DNA of 64,000 nucleotides from an uncultured delta proteobacterium. GTDB lineage: Bacteria; Myxococcota_A; Polyangia; Fen-1088. Within the stretch, counting starts at the first letter, position 1; every line of letters starts with the position of its first letter. A model generated the notes under the pieces. The model was not told the origin of the DNA, made no database searches, and saw nothing but the letters and a program-made list of their open reading frames with translations. Shown in pieces: positions 10,811 to 22,307 of this stretch. The position numbers were made by a program, and so were the translations under genes. The stretch covers positions 96,001 to 160,000 of the forward strand of contig CAVTRY010000011.1 of NCBI GenBank assembly GCA_963737265.1. Direction: 5' to 3'.

Positions 10811-12180
10811 GGCGACTCCGAAGCATTGTTCTGGGACTGGCGGGCACGTAGGGATCGCGACATTGCGGTGTAGGCCGCGGCCAAGTCGCGTGCCGCCTGG
10901 GCGGCCTCGGCCTCGTCGGCTTGGATGCCGCCATGTCCGTCGACGCCCAAGGTGGCGGCGGCTACCGCGGCCCAGCGTGGTCCCGTCAGGCGCTTGCGAC
11001 CGATGCGGCCGTCGGCATATTCGTAAAGCGTGCGCGCGCGGGCTGAATCCTGGGCGACCAGATACATTTCCGCCGAGCGCAGCAGGTGGTCGCCGATGGC
11101 ATCGACATCCGTGCCCTCGACCCACGGCACGCTGGCAGCGAGCAGATTGCCCGCGAAGAGTGGCGCGCCGATGGCCAGACATTTTTCGGCGGCGGCGCGC
11201 ACCATCTCGATGGCGAGGAAGCCTTCGGTGCGACCGGGCAGCGCCATGTAGGCCTCAACGGTCTCGACCGCGCCGTCGAGGTCGGGGAACTTCAGCGCGA
11301 AGAGCACGAGGCGGCGACAGAGCACGCGGGTATCGTCGTCGCACACGCGGGGGTTGGCGCGCATGGCTTCGATGAGAGCCGACATGGAATCCTTGACTGC
11401 GCCGATGTAGGCGTGGGCGCGTGCTCCACGCAGCAGCATTTCGCTGTGGAGCGGCTCGGGCAGCAGAGTGGCGTCGAACACCCGCTTGCGCATCTCGCCG
11501 AGGCAACCGCCGCCCATTTCGCACAGGCGCGCGGTCGCCAAGCGGCCGTAGCTGCCGAAGCGACCCGCCATGCGGTACCAGCCCGCCGCCGTTGTCGCAT
11601 CTCCGGTGCGCAGCGAGATGTCGCCCAAGCGCAGGGAGGCCAAACGCCGGTATTCACCGGTCAGCGCCTTGCGGAATTCCAGCGCTGCTTCGGTGAAGCG
11701 TCCGGCCTTGAAATGGCACTCACCGCGCGCAGGCGTGGTATCGCCGGGGCAGGCGCTGCCGAAGTGAAGCGCGATGGGATGATAGAAGAACCAGATCTGG
11801 TCGCCGTCCTCGTGCAAGGGCAGCCCGCGGACCTCGTGAATTTCGAGCACCGGTTTGCCACCCGTCTGATCGAGCCTGGCTTCGATGCGCGGCGTCCGGC
11901 ACTGAAGGACGACGGTGTTTGGCTCGCGGTGGATGTACGGGCAAAGCTGCGGGTCGCTGGCGAGGAAGCGCTGTTGGATAGCGCGCGTGTCGGACGTCGT
12001 CGTCAAGTCGATGCGCATGGCCAACGAGTCCACCGACAGAACCACGCGGCTGATCGGAACCGCCAGGGGAAGCCGCTCAATGGCCGCCACCGTCGACACC
12101 CGCTCGCTCTCCGGACTGTCCGGCGAATCGCCAGAAGGAAAACCGCCAAGCGCGACGAGAAGGGTGACGAGCTGGAACAT
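10807..12180 (-). CDS. Putative secreted TPR-like, Cys-containing protein heading the flagellar operon
   Basis: Hydrophobic N-terminus [13 protein letters not shown]; TPR-like helices ([45 protein letters not shown]); ATGA coupling to the activator. Confidence 0.6.
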   Translation of the reverse strand: MFQLVTLLVALGGFPSGDSPDSPESERVSTVAAIERLPLAVPISRVVLSVDSLAMRIDLTTTSDTRAIQQRFLASDPQLCPYIHREPNTVVLQCRTPRIEARLDQTGGKPVLEIHEVRGLPLHEDGDQIWFFYHPIALHFGSACPGDTTPARGECHFKAGRFTEAALEFRKALTGEYRRLASLRLGDISLRTGDATTAAGWYRMAGRFGSYGRLATARLCEMGGGCLGEMRKRVFDATLLPEPLHSEMLLRGARAHAYIGAVKDSMSALIEAMRANPRVCDDDTRVLCRRLVLFALKFPDLDGAVETVEAYMALPGRTEGFLAIEMVRAAAEKCLAIGAPLFAGNLLAASVPWVEGTDVDAIGDHLLRSAEMYLVAQDSARARTLYEYADGRIGRKRLTGPRWAAVAAATLGVDGHGGIQADEAEAAQAARDLAAAYTAMSRSLRARQSQNNASESP

Positions 12181-12194
12181 GCTGGTGTCGCCTT

Positions 12195-12212
12195 ATGCAG
12201 CCATCGTGCCGG
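12195..12212 (-). promoter_or_regulatory. Putative sigma54 promoter for the flagellar operon
   Basis: Minus strand reads CCGGCACGATGGCTGCAT (GG-N10-GC) just upstream of ATG 12180. Confidence 0.6.
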
Positions 12213-12446
12213 TCGGCATTTCGAGGGACTGTCGGATCTTGCCCAGGCAGAAAAGGCCCAGTGTTCGCGCCGGTTCAGCTCCAGCATGGGCAGCCATTCG
12301 TTGCCTGCTTGATCCGTGCTGGCCAGGTTGGGTGTCAGGCCCGTGTCGCGCCGGAGCCGTCGCGCTGCTGGCGCGTCACCCCCCTGTCGCGGTGACGGCC
12401 TGCCCCAACACTGGTAGTCTTGCCGCCGAAAATGACAGGAGGACCC

Positions 12447-13235
12447 ATGGGCAAGTCAGGACAAACCGCTCTCATTACTGGCGCCTCGGCGGGACTCGGC
12501 CGCGAATTCGCCCGACTCGCCGCACGCGACGGACACGATTTGGTGCTAGTCGCCCGGCGGCTCTACCGCCTCGACGAGCTGGCCGGCGAGCTGACCGCTG
12601 CTCATGGTGTCGCGGTGCTCAGCGTGGCGGTTGACTTGGAAGACAAGACGGCGGCGCGGCAGATCGCAGAGCAAGTGCAGTCCGCCGGAATGACGATCGA
12701 TCTTCTGATCAACAACGCCGGCTTTGGCTCGCATGGAACCTTTGCGCGCTCGGAGCTCGGCCGCGAGCTTGGGATCATCGATGTGAACGTGCGGGTTTTG
12801 GTTGAGCTGACGCATCTCTTTTTGCCGGGAATGCTCGATCGCCGGCGCGGGCGCGTCTTGAACGTTGCCTCGGTGGCCGGGTTCGTGCCCGGCCCGTTCA
12901 TGGCCACCTACTACGCCAGCAAGGCGTTCGTTCTCAGCTTCACCGAAGCGCTGACCTACGAGTTACGCGGCACCGGCGTTACCGCGACGGCTGCCTGTCC
13001 CGGCCCTACCGCCACCGAATTTGGGACTGTAGCAAAAAGCGAGCGAACGAATCTCTTCCGCGGCGTTCCGGCCGATGCCGCCGCCGTTGCTCGCCACGGC
13101 TATCGGGCGATGCTGGCGGGCAAGGTTGTGGCCGTTCCGGGGATTAAGAACAAGCTCACCGCGCAATCGATCCGGGTTGGCCCGCGCGCGGTCGTGCGCA
13201 GGATCTCCGCCCACCTGAACCGGGTACCAAGCTAG
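12447..13235 (+). CDS. Short-chain dehydrogenase/reductase (SDR)
   Basis: TGASAGLG, LINNAGFG, catalytic YYASK; RBS AGGAGG before ATG 12447. Confidence 0.92.
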   Translation: MGKSGQTALITGASAGLGREFARLAARDGHDLVLVARRLYRLDELAGELTAAHGVAVLSVAVDLEDKTAARQIAEQVQSAGMTIDLLINNAGFGSHGTFARSELGRELGIIDVNVRVLVELTHLFLPGMLDRRRGRVLNVASVAGFVPGPFMATYYASKAFVLSFTEALTYELRGTGVTATAACPGPTATEFGTVAKSERTNLFRGVPADAAAVARHGYRAMLAGKVVAVPGIKNKLTAQSIRVGPRAVVRRISAHLNRVPS

Positions 13236-13250
13236 CGGGCAGGGGATCCG

Positions 13251-14145
13251 CTACGGCTTCAACTTTGGCAGGGACGGAAACGACGTCGCCGGCAAGAGCA
13301 CGCGGACCGGCGGAATCTCGCCGCGCTTGCGTGCGCGGGCGATCCATTCGATGGCCACGCCCGAGGCAGGGGGATTGATCACGGTCGCCTTCAGTCGCCC
13401 CTCGCGAACCAGGCGCTGGCCGAAGGTTTGCGATCCGTCGCACCCCGTGATGGGGGCGCCGCCAACCGGCAGGTCGCTTCGGCTGTCAAAGTCGCGCAGT
13501 GCCTGTCGCACGCCCAAGGCCATTTCGTCGTTGTGGGCCACGACCATGACGGGCAAATCTTCCTGCGCCGTGATGCCGCTAACCCAGCGTTCGACCGCCA
13601 TGCGTGCGCCTTCCGCGGTCCAGTCGGCATTCAATTCGATGAGATCGAACTTGCTGCCGAGCGTCTGCTTCAAACCGTCCAGGCGCTTCAGCGCGGACAG
13701 ATTACGAAGGTTGCCCGTGACACACAAGACCCGACCGGCGGTGGCGATGAGAGTTGTAACCTGCTCGGCCTGGATTCGGCCAATTTCGATCTGGTCGCAG
13801 GTGACCGCGAAAACTGCCCGGTTGGGATGCCGGGCGCGTACCTCGTCGATAAAGCCTCCCTCGTTGAGCAGTGCCCACTCCAAGCCGGCCTCGGCGGCTT
13901 CGTGGGCGACAGGAGCCAGCTCCTCGTCGTGTACGCCACTGGCCAGAATCGCGACAAGGTTGGTGGCGGCGGCTGTCTTGATGGCCTCGCGAATCTGGGC
14001 GACCTGTTCGAGCGGCATCGAATTGTGCCGACTCCACCAGGATGTCGAATCCGTGTTTCTTCGCCTCGCGCAGACCGACTTCCTTCAGCCGCCGCTGATA
14101 GTCGTTGTCGATGCTGCGGAGAAACAACCCAATGGTACCCAACAT
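13251..14145 (-). CDS. Periplasmic-binding-protein type I (RbsB/LacI sensor-like) fold protein, apparent frameshift ~14010
   Basis: IGLFLRSIDNDY…AQFDA joins EQVAQIREAI in another frame; VTCDQIEIGRIQAE, ADWTAEGA, VVAHNDEMALG, ITGCDG. Confidence 0.7.
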
Positions 14146-14190
14146 CCGATCATTTTCGCACGAAAGCGGGCTCGTCGCCGATACAGTTCT

Positions 14191-15247
14191 TCAGCAGATC
14201 CTCGGCAATTGCTCGCCGCTGTGCATGTCGAGGATGCGCTTGGTGCCGATGCGGCTTTGCAGGGTGACCAAGGCGGCGGGCGATTCGGACACGGTGCCGA
14301 TGCGGACTGCGGTCGAGGAGACCGGGTGCTGTCGCAGGATTTGTAACGCGTGCTCGGCTTGCGCCGCCGGCACGAATGCCACGAAGCGACCTTCGTTGGC
14401 AAGGTAAAGCGGGTCGAGTCCGAGAATTTCGCACGCGCCGCAAACGTTCTCCTCGACGGCGATGTGGCGTTCCACGATGTCGATGTGAAGCCGGCTGGAC
14501 TCGGCGATTTCAATCAGGCTGGTGGCGAGGCCGCCGCGGGTTAGATCGCGCAGACAGTGGACTGGGATACGCGCGGCGAGCAGGTCAAGCACGGGATCGA
14601 CCAGCGGCGCGCAGTCGGTCTCGATGGTGGTTTCGAAACTGCAGGCCTTCACGCACGGCCATAATGGCCACGCCGTGGCGGCCGACGTCGCCGCTGAGCA
14701 GAATGGCGTCTCCCGGGCGCACGCTGGTGGGGGCAACGACAAGGTCGTGTTCGATGACTCCGATGCCGGCGGTGTTGACGAACAGCCCATCGCCCTTGCC
14801 CTTGTCCACGACCTTGGTGTCGCCGGTGACGATATTCACGCGCGCAGCCTGGGCGGTTCGGGCCATGGACGCCACGACCCGTTCAAGGGTTGCGATGGGC
14901 AGCCCTTCTTCCAAGATGAAACCGGCGCTAAGACACAGCGGCCGGGCACCACACATGGCCAGATCGTTGACCGTGCCTGTGACGGCCAGGGTGCCGATAT
15001 CGCCGCCCGGAAAAAACAGCGGGTGCACGACATAGGAATCGGTGGTGAAGGCCAGCCTGCCTTTGCCGGCGTCCATCACCGCACCGTCGTGACGCGATTC
15101 TAGGGGCTGGTTGCCCAAGGCGGGCAGAATGGTGCGTTCGAGCAGAGCGTGCATCATGCGCCCGCCGCCGCCATGGGCGAGAGTCACGAAGTCGCGCTGG
15201 GCGATGGGAACCGGGCAGCTTGCGGTGAAGGAAACTGGGTCGGCCAT
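14191..15247 (-). CDS. hypE: Hydrogenase maturation protein HypE (apparent +1 frameshift at 14636-14638)
   Basis: [51 protein letters not shown] and C-terminal LPRIC; removing one T from a TTT run restores a 351-aa ORF. Confidence 0.92.
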
Positions 15248-15249
15248 CC

Positions 15250-16376
<1,127 letters not shown>

Positions 16377-16380
<4 letters not shown>

Positions 16381-16625
16381 GGTTGTTTGTCGAGCTCGCC
16401 GAGCTCGCCGATTTGGCGGAAGTACTCGAGGGTCAATGCGGCCTCGTGCTCGTCGACGACGCTGATGGCGAAGCCCGCGTGGACGAGGACGTAGTCGCCG
16501 ACCTTGGCATCGGGAACGAAGGCCAAACACGCCTCTTTGGTCACGCCACCAAAGCTGACCCTGCCCGTGCGCGCGGTGTCTTCGCCGACGATGCTGAGGA
16601 TTTTCCCGGGAACCGCCAGACACAT
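16377..16625 (-). CDS. hypC: Hydrogenase chaperone HypC
   Basis: N-terminal MCLAVPGK; [12 protein letters not shown]. Confidence 0.96.
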
Positions 16626-16628
16626 GGT

Positions 16629-18920
16629 CTAGTCCTTCCTGTGTGCCGCCATGACCTGCCCCAGGGCGATGCCGCCATCGTTGGGCGGAACGCGCTGGTG
16701 CCAGTACGGACGATAACCCGTGTCGAGCAAACGCGAAACCATGCGTTCGGTCAGAAAGCGGTTTTGAAAGCAGCCGCCGCTGAGCACGACGTTCTTCTCG
16801 CCGAGTCGCGTCGCGACGTCCACTGCCATCTCGACCAGGGTGTTGTGGAAGCGTGCGGACGCAAGCGCAGCAGGAACTGCGGGCTCGGCCAGGAGTGCTC
16901 GGATGGCCGGCGCCCAATCGACGATAAGTGTGTCCTTTTCGGGTCGCACGACAAAGGGATAGCAGGCATCCTCTTTTGTGTCGGCCAAGGCAAACTCCAG
17001 CTCCATGGCGGCCTGTCCTTCGAAGCTGGCCACCTGGCGCAGATTGAGCAGCGATGCGATGCCGTCGAACAGGCGTCCCGCGCTGGTCGTGATGGGGGCG
17101 TTGAGCCGCCTTTGCAGCATGGTTTGCAGCGCTGCAAGCTCTGTCGGTGAAAACGATCGCAGCGCCGGTACATCGAAGGCGAAGGCGTCGTCAGCGAAAA
17201 TTTCGTAAAGTAGGGCCATCGCCACGCGCCTCGGCTCACGCACGGCCTTGGCGTTACCGGGTAGCCGAAATGGGCGCAGGTGTGCGACCCGGCGAAAACC
17301 CGTGCGGGTGACGTGCAGAAATTCGCCGCCCCACACCGTGCCGTCGGAGCCCATGCCGCTGCCGTCCCACGCAATCCCAAGCACGGGCGGTCGCAAGTGG
17401 TTTTCGGCCATGCATGCCAGGATATGAGCGTGGTGATGTTGGACCGCCACAACCCGCAGCCCCGACTGGCGAGCGTGTTGGCTAGACAGGTAGTCGGGGT
17501 GCAGGTCGCAGGCGATGGTGTCGGGCGTGAATTCGTACAGGCTTTGGAAGGCGCCGATCACTGCGCGAAATGCGGCATAGGCTCCCTCGGTCGCGAGGTC
17601 GCCGATGTGTTGGCTGATGAAAACCTGCGAGCCGACCGCTGCCGCAATGGTGCTTTTTTGATGTCCGCCAACCGCCAGAATCGGTGGCAGATCGCCGTCC
17701 GCTTGGATGGGCAGCGGGGCGAAGCCACGCGCGCGGCGGAGCACCAACTCGCGCCCGCACACCTCGCGCACCACCGAGTCGTCCACGTGTCGCAAGATCG
17801 GACGGTCGTGGACGAGAAAGAAATCGGCGATGCCGCGCAGGCGCGCGGCGGCGTCATGCTCGTCGGTGCAGATCGGTTCTTCGGCAAGGTTGCCGCTGGT
17901 TGCGACGACCAGGAAGCCGAGATCGCGCATCAGCAGATGGTGCAGCGGCGAGCTCGGCAACATCACACCCAGGGTGGGGTTGCCCGGTGCGATGGACGGC
18001 GCGAGATCAGTCGCGCCAGGCAAGCGCCGCAGCAGAACGATGGGACACTCGGGCGATCGCAGCAGACGGCGTTCGACGTCCGAAGCCGAACAATGTTGCA
18101 ACGCCTGTGTGATTGACGGCGCCAGCAGCGCGAATGGCTTTTCCTCGCGTCGCTTGCGCAGGCGAAGTTGCCGTACGGTGTCTTCCTTGCGCGCATCCAC
18201 CATGAGGTGAAAACCGCCGATCCCTTTCACCGCCACGATTTTGCCCGCGCGAATCGCATCCGCGGTTGCCATGAGCGCCGAGTCGGCTTTGCAAATTTCA
18301 ACGCCGTCGTGATTCCACAAGGCAAGCTGCGGGCCGCAGGCCGCGCAAGCGTTTGGCTGGGCGTGAAAGCGCCGATCCGTGGGATCGTGATATTCGCGCG
18401 AGCACTCGCCGCACATCGCGAAGCGATTCATGGTGGTGGCCGCGCGGTCGTAGGGCAGGGCGGCGATGATGCTGAAGCGCGGGCCGCAATGGGTGCAGTT
18501 GGTGAAGGGATAGCGATAGCGACGGTTCGCCGGATCGAACACCTCGGCCAGGCAAGCCGGGCAGGTCGCTAAATCGGGAAGAACCAGGACTCGTTTTTCG
18601 CCCCCCGTGCTGGCACGAATTGCGAAATCGGCGTACCCCACCGGATCGAGATAGGTGGCCTCCAGACTCTGGATGAGCGCGATGTCCGGTTTGTCGCTCT
18701 CCAGCCGCCGCACGAACTCCCACACGACGGACTGTGGACCTTCGGCCTCGATGAAGACTCCCGCCGCCGAGTTGTTCACCCAACCGCCAAGCCCCAGATC
18801 GCGCGCGAGCCTGAACACGAACGGTCGAAATCCCACGCCTTGAACCGCGCCACGAATGGCGACATGCGCGCGGATGGCACCGGAGTCTGGCTGATGGTCA
18901 GGCACCGCCACAATGTACAA
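16629..18920 (-). CDS. hypF: Carbamoyltransferase HypF (exact start uncertain)
   Basis: [11 protein letters not shown] acylphosphatase domain; Zn fingers CPAC…CTHCGPR and CGEC…CAACGP; [24 protein letters not shown]. Confidence 0.96.
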   Translation of the reverse strand: MYIVAVPDHQPDSGAIRAHVAIRGAVQGVGFRPFVFRLARDLGLGGWVNNSAAGVFIEAEGPQSVVWEFVRRLESDKPDIALIQSLEATYLDPVGYADFAIRASTGGEKRVLVLPDLATCPACLAEVFDPANRRYRYPFTNCTHCGPRFSIIAALPYDRAATTMNRFAMCGECSREYHDPTDRRFHAQPNACAACGPQLALWNHDGVEICKADSALMATADAIRAGKIVAVKGIGGFHLMVDARKEDTVRQLRLRKRREEKPFALLAPSITQALQHCSASDVERRLLRSPECPIVLLRRLPGATDLAPSIAPGNPTLGVMLPSSPLHHLLMRDLGFLVVATSGNLAEEPICTDEHDAAARLRGIADFFLVHDRPILRHVDDSVVREVCGRELVLRRARGFAPLPIQADGDLPPILAVGGHQKSTIAAAVGSQVFISQHIGDLATEGAYAAFRAVIGAFQSLYEFTPDTIACDLHPDYLSSQHARQSGLRVVAVQHHHAHILACMAENHLRPPVLGIAWDGSGMGSDGTVWGGEFLHVTRTGFRRVAHLRPFRLPGNAKAVREPRRVAMALLYEIFADDAFAFDVPALRSFSPTELAALQTMLQRRLNAPITTSAGRLFDGIASLLNLRQVASFEGQAAMELEFALADTKEDACYPFVVRPEKDTLIVDWAPAIRALLAEPAVPAALASARFHNTLVEMAVDVATRLGEKNVVLSGGCFQNRFLTERMVSRLLDTGYRPYWHQRVPPNDGGIALGQVMAAHRKD

Positions 18921-19153
18921 GACTATTCGAATAAAAGATCGCCGGGGGGCTTGCCAACTCGCTCGGGATTCGCTATTTTTTCACGTGCGCAGTGCTTGCG
19001 CCATGGATAGCTGGCTCGTGTTGTAGGGCAGCGGCAGCAGTATGGTTGTTTGAGAAGTCAGTCCGGGTCGCGCAGCCGAAGGGCGTGGACATGTGTCCCG
19101 ACGCGGTCTGGGCGTGTCGTCCGACTCGACGAGAGTCAGAAGCGGAAAAAGCC

Positions 19154-20989
19154 ATGGCAGACAACTCCAGCGTCAGTAGGCAGATTTGCGGGAAGCTCGG
19201 CAACGACAAGAACCGGTTGATGGACATTCTGCTAGGCGTCCAGGCGCAGGCAGGTTGCATCGCCGGCGAAGCTCTCGACGAAATCGCTCAATCCCTGTCG
19301 ATGAGCAGGGTCGAGGTCGAAAGCGCGGCGACGTTCTACGCCTTCTTCTCCGAGGAGCGGCGCGGGCGATTCGTCATTCGGCTGTGCAACGACGTCATTG
19401 ATCAGATCCATGGCATGGACCGCATCGCCGCGGCTTTCCGCGCCGAGCTCGGCATCGAGTTCGGACAGACCACGGCGGATGGACTGTTTTCGCTCGAATA
19501 CACACCGTGCATCGGGATGTCGGATCAGGCGCCGGCCTTGCTGATCAATCACAAGGTCGTGACTCGAGTCTCGACGGACATGGTGTACGAGATCGTACAA
19601 ACCTTGCGGGCGACCAATGATTTGGGCCAGATCAAGTTTCCCCTCGGAGATGGCAACAACAGCCATCCCCTCGTGCGCGCCATGGTACTTAACAATCTGC
19701 GCGAGCGGGGCGCGGTCGTGTTCGCGCCATCCACACCGGCTGTTGCTCTGCAACGAGCACTTTCGGAACAGCCGGTCGAGATCATCAAGATTGTAAAGGC
19801 GTCGCGCCTGCGCGGGCGCGGCGGGGCTGGTTTCCCGACCGGCATGAAGTGGGAGTTCACCCGTGCGGCCGAGGGTGCACGCAAGTTCATCGTGTGCAAC
19901 GCCGACGAGGGCGAACCCGGGACGTTCAAGGATCGGGTGATCCTCACCGAGGCTGCGGATCTGATGTTCGAGGGCATGACCATCGCTGGCTACGCCATCG
20001 GAGCGGGCGAAGGCATCGTCTACTTGCGCGGTGAATATGCGTACCTGCTGCCATTCCTCGACGACGTGCTCGCCAGGCGGCGCGCGGCAGGTCTGCTTGG
20101 GCGCGACATTTTGGGCAAAACCGGGTTCCGTTTCGATATTCGCATCCAGCTTGGCGCCGGTGCCTACGTGTGCGGCGAGGAAACGGCGCTGCTGAGCTCG
20201 TGTGAAGGCAAGGCCGGGGATCCCAAGACGCGACCTCCATTTCCGGCGCAAAAGGGCTACCTCGGCATGCCCACCGTCATCAACAACGTAGAAACGTATT
20301 GCGCCGCCGCTCGAATCATCGAAAACGGTCCGGGGTGGTTCACGTCCATGGGCACGCCGGGCAGCGCCGGAACCAAGGTGTTCAGCGTGTCCGGCGACTG
20401 TGGCCAGCCGGGCGTCTACGAGCTGCCCTTCGGTATCACCCTCGGCGAGCTCTTGGCTCGCGTGGGCGCAAGCGATACTGTTGCCGTGCAGGTGGGCGGC
20501 GCGGCCGGCCGAATGATTGGGCCGGCGGAATTTGGCCGCAGATTCTGTTACGACGATCTCGCCACCGGCGGCTCGGTCATGGTGTTCGGTCCACAAAGGG
20601 ACGTGCTGGGTGTTGCTCACGCCTTCATGGAATTCTTCGTCGACGAAAGTTGTGGCTACTGCACCCCTTGCCGGGTCGGCACCCGCTTGCTGCTTGAACG
20701 CCTGCGGAGATTCCTGGCCGGCACAGCCGATGGCGCGGATATCGACTATCTGGAAAAGGTCGGGAAAACCATGAAGACGGCAAGCCGATGCGGCCTTGGG
20801 CAGACGGCGGCGAATCCAGTGCTCTCAACCATTCAGAGCTTTCGTCAGAATTATGAGCGCCGGCTCAAGCCGAACGGAGCCGTTTTCCTGTCGTCGTTCG
20901 ATCCGCGCAAAGCCGTTGTCACGGCCGAGGGTATCGCCGGGCGCGCTTCGATGCATTTCGGGACCCAGAAAGGCGAGGTGCAATCGTGA
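19154..20989 (+). CDS. hoxF: NAD-linked [NiFe]-hydrogenase diaphorase flavoprotein HoxF (NuoE-like plus NuoF-like fusion)
   Basis: N-terminal NuoE-like domain (ATFYAFF, PCIGMSDQAPA); GRGGAGFPTG, CNADEGEPGTFKDR, GAYVCGEET, ESCGYCTPCRVG, CGLGQ. Confidence 0.9.
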   Translation: MADNSSVSRQICGKLGNDKNRLMDILLGVQAQAGCIAGEALDEIAQSLSMSRVEVESAATFYAFFSEERRGRFVIRLCNDVIDQIHGMDRIAAAFRAELGIEFGQTTADGLFSLEYTPCIGMSDQAPALLINHKVVTRVSTDMVYEIVQTLRATNDLGQIKFPLGDGNNSHPLVRAMVLNNLRERGAVVFAPSTPAVALQRALSEQPVEIIKIVKASRLRGRGGAGFPTGMKWEFTRAAEGARKFIVCNADEGEPGTFKDRVILTEAADLMFEGMTIAGYAIGAGEGIVYLRGEYAYLLPFLDDVLARRRAAGLLGRDILGKTGFRFDIRIQLGAGAYVCGEETALLSSCEGKAGDPKTRPPFPAQKGYLGMPTVINNVETYCAAARIIENGPGWFTSMGTPGSAGTKVFSVSGDCGQPGVYELPFGITLGELLARVGASDTVAVQVGGAAGRMIGPAEFGRRFCYDDLATGGSVMVFGPQRDVLGVAHAFMEFFVDESCGYCTPCRVGTRLLLERLRRFLAGTADGADIDYLEKVGKTMKTASRCGLGQTAANPVLSTIQSFRQNYERRLKPNGAVFLSSFDPRKAVVTAEGIAGRASMHFGTQKGEVQS

Positions 20990-21732
20990 GCACGCAGGGA
21001 AGCAAGCAACAAAGCAAGAATGTCGGCTTCACTATCGACGGCAAGGAAGTGCAGGGTGAGCAGGGGCAGACCATCCTGCAAGCCGCAGCACTAGCCAACA
21101 TCTACATTCCTCACCTGTGCGCGATGCGTGGACTCTCGCCCTGGGGAAGCTGCCGCGTGTGCACAGTGCTGGTGAATGGCCGGCCGCAGGCTGCCTGCAC
21201 CATGCCCATCAGCGAGGGCATGGTGGTGGAGAATGACACCCCGGATCTCAAAGACCTGCGCAGCAGCTTGGTCGAAATGCTTTTCGTCGAGGGCAACCAC
21301 TATTGCATGTTCTGCGAGAAGAGCGGCAATTGTGAATTGCAAGCCGTGGCCTACCGGTTGGGCATTCTTTCGCCACGGCATCCGTACATGTTCCCGGCGC
21401 GCGAAGTGGACGCAAGTCATCCCGATGTGATGTTGGATTACAACCGCTGCATTTTGTGCGCTCGCTGCATACGGGCATCCCGAGAATTGGATGACAAGCA
21501 CGTGTTCCAGTTCATCAAACGGGGGGCCCACAAGCGCGTCGGTGTCAATAGCGCCAATGGCGCTGTTGCAACCAACCTTGTCGTGGACGACAAGGCTGCG
21601 GAAGCATGTCCGGTTGGTTGCATCATCAAGAAGCGCGTGGGCTTTGCCGTGCCGATTGGCCAACGCCTCTACGACAAGAAACCCATTGGCAGCGAAATCG
21701 AAAGCGGACGCGCGGCCACCAGTTCGCGGTAG
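20986..21732 (+). CDS. hoxU: Diaphorase Fe-S subunit HoxU
   Basis: IPHLC…GSCRVC…AC, HYCMFCEKSGNC, RCILCARC, CPVG; GTGA overlap with hoxF. Confidence 0.92.
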   Translation: MSTQGSKQQSKNVGFTIDGKEVQGEQGQTILQAAALANIYIPHLCAMRGLSPWGSCRVCTVLVNGRPQAACTMPISEGMVVENDTPDLKDLRSSLVEMLFVEGNHYCMFCEKSGNCELQAVAYRLGILSPRHPYMFPAREVDASHPDVMLDYNRCILCARCIRASRELDDKHVFQFIKRGAHKRVGVNSANGAVATNLVVDDKAAEACPVGCIIKKRVGFAVPIGQRLYDKKPIGSEIESGRAATSSR

Positions 21733-21740
21733 GCGGGATC

Positions 21741-22289
21741 ATGGCAAACAAACCCAAGCTGGCGACAGTATCCTTGGCCGGGTGTTTCGGCTGTCACATG
21801 TCGATTCTCGACATTGACGAGCGGATTTTGAAGCTCATTGAATTGGTCGATTTCGATCGGTCGCCGATCGACGATATCAAGAAGATCGAAGGTCGCTGCA
21901 CGGTGGGAATCGTCGAGGGCGGCTGCTGCAACGAAGAGAACGTGCATGTCTTGCAACACTTTCGCGAGCATTGCGACGTGCTGATTTCAACCGGCGACTG
22001 CGCCATCATGGGTGGCATTCCGGCGCTGCGTAACACCATCCCGCTCAAGGAATGTCTGGACGAGGCCTACTTAAAGGGACCGACGGTTTACAATCCACGC
22101 GCGCGCCTGCCGAGCGATCCGGAAATTCCACTCTTGCTCGACCGGGTCTATCCGTGCCACGAAGTGGTCAAAATGGACTACCATTTGCCTGGTTGTCCGC
22201 CCTCGGCCGAGACCATCTGGCAGGCGCTGGTGGCGCTCCTTGGCGGAAAGCCGCTGGAGCTGTCCTACGAGCTTATCAAGTACGACTGA
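21741..22289 (+). CDS. hoxY: [NiFe]-hydrogenase small subunit HoxY
   Basis: LAGCFGCHMS, GDCAIMGG, PGCPP; short one-cluster small subunit. Confidence 0.93.
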   Translation: MANKPKLATVSLAGCFGCHMSILDIDERILKLIELVDFDRSPIDDIKKIEGRCTVGIVEGGCCNEENVHVLQHFREHCDVLISTGDCAIMGGIPALRNTIPLKECLDEAYLKGPTVYNPRARLPSDPEIPLLLDRVYPCHEVVKMDYHLPGCPPSAETIWQALVALLGGKPLELSYELIKYD

Positions 22290-22307
22290 GAGCGGAGAGG
22301 AGATCCG

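Noticed and set aside
9629-11182. 517-aa version of the sigma54 activator with an Arg-rich N-terminal extension
   Set aside because: The extension overlaps the upstream TPR-like gene; the ATGA coupling at 10807-10810 gives the better start
18969-18986. Rex box in the hypF-hoxF divergent region
   Set aside because: Only one half-site (TTCACG) matches; too weak to call
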